From Macrostomum lignano (Eukaryota): DNA of 64,000 bases. Positions 63,918 through 64,000 of this stretch are shown one piece after another. The stretch lies in assembly GCA_002269645.1 (NCBI GenBank), contig NIVC01000524.1, forward strand, positions 186,001-250,000, written 5' to 3'. A model generated the notes under the pieces. That model saw only the letters and a list, made by a program, of their open reading frames with translations. It made no database searches and was not told the DNA's origin. Numbering within the stretch: the stretch's first letter is position 1; every line of letters begins with the position of its first letter. A program made the position numbers and the translations under genes.

Positions 63918-64000
63918 TCAGTTGGCCTCCCTTTCCGGCGAGTCGCCCGAGTCTGTCGGACTGCTGAGCGGCACCTTCTCAGGGTGCCCGTTGCCGCCTC
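63918..64000 (-). CDS. Possible C-terminal tip of a neighbouring gene (GGNGHPEKVPLSSPTDSGDSPEREAN*)
   Basis: GC3-rich open frame ending in TGA at 63918-63920, cut by the window edge. Confidence 0.3.
   Translation of the reverse strand, partial: GGNGHPEKVPLSSPTDSGDSPEREAN

Overview
Eukaryotic (metazoan) genomic DNA with GC3-rich exons, GT-AG introns and introns packed with unrelated mini- and microsatellites; this style suggests a free-living flatworm such as Macrostomum (inference only). By hand-splicing I find four main things. (1) The 3' end of CCDC40 (+, 1-2042). (2) A single ~38.6-kb minus-strand gene model (ATG 45867 to TGA 7243; 23 coding segments, 9,096 nt, ~3,031 aa) in which every intron phase matches. 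It predicts signal peptide, 2-3 pentraxin/LamG3-like domains, six neurexin-type LamG domains with EGF modules (including four atypical 8-Cys EGFs), one TM helix with a Cys cluster, a disordered linker, and a 7-8-bladed cytoplasmic WD40 propeller. A LamG/EGF single-pass receptor with an intracellular WD40 propeller is the main candidate novelty. (3) An intact, young Ty3/gypsy (Mag-like) LTR retrotransposon inserted antisense into a minisatellite in one intron of that gene. (4) A 3-exon SLC16/MCT-like MFS transporter (+, 54499-59261) with a (QQQQPY)n N-terminus. Non-LTR retroelement fragments and about 28 tandem repeat arrays make up the rest. Most long ORFs in the supplied track are repeat artefacts or antisense shadows. 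No rRNA, tRNA or CRISPR array was seen. All gene models are manual and lack transcript support; repeat boundaries are approximate.
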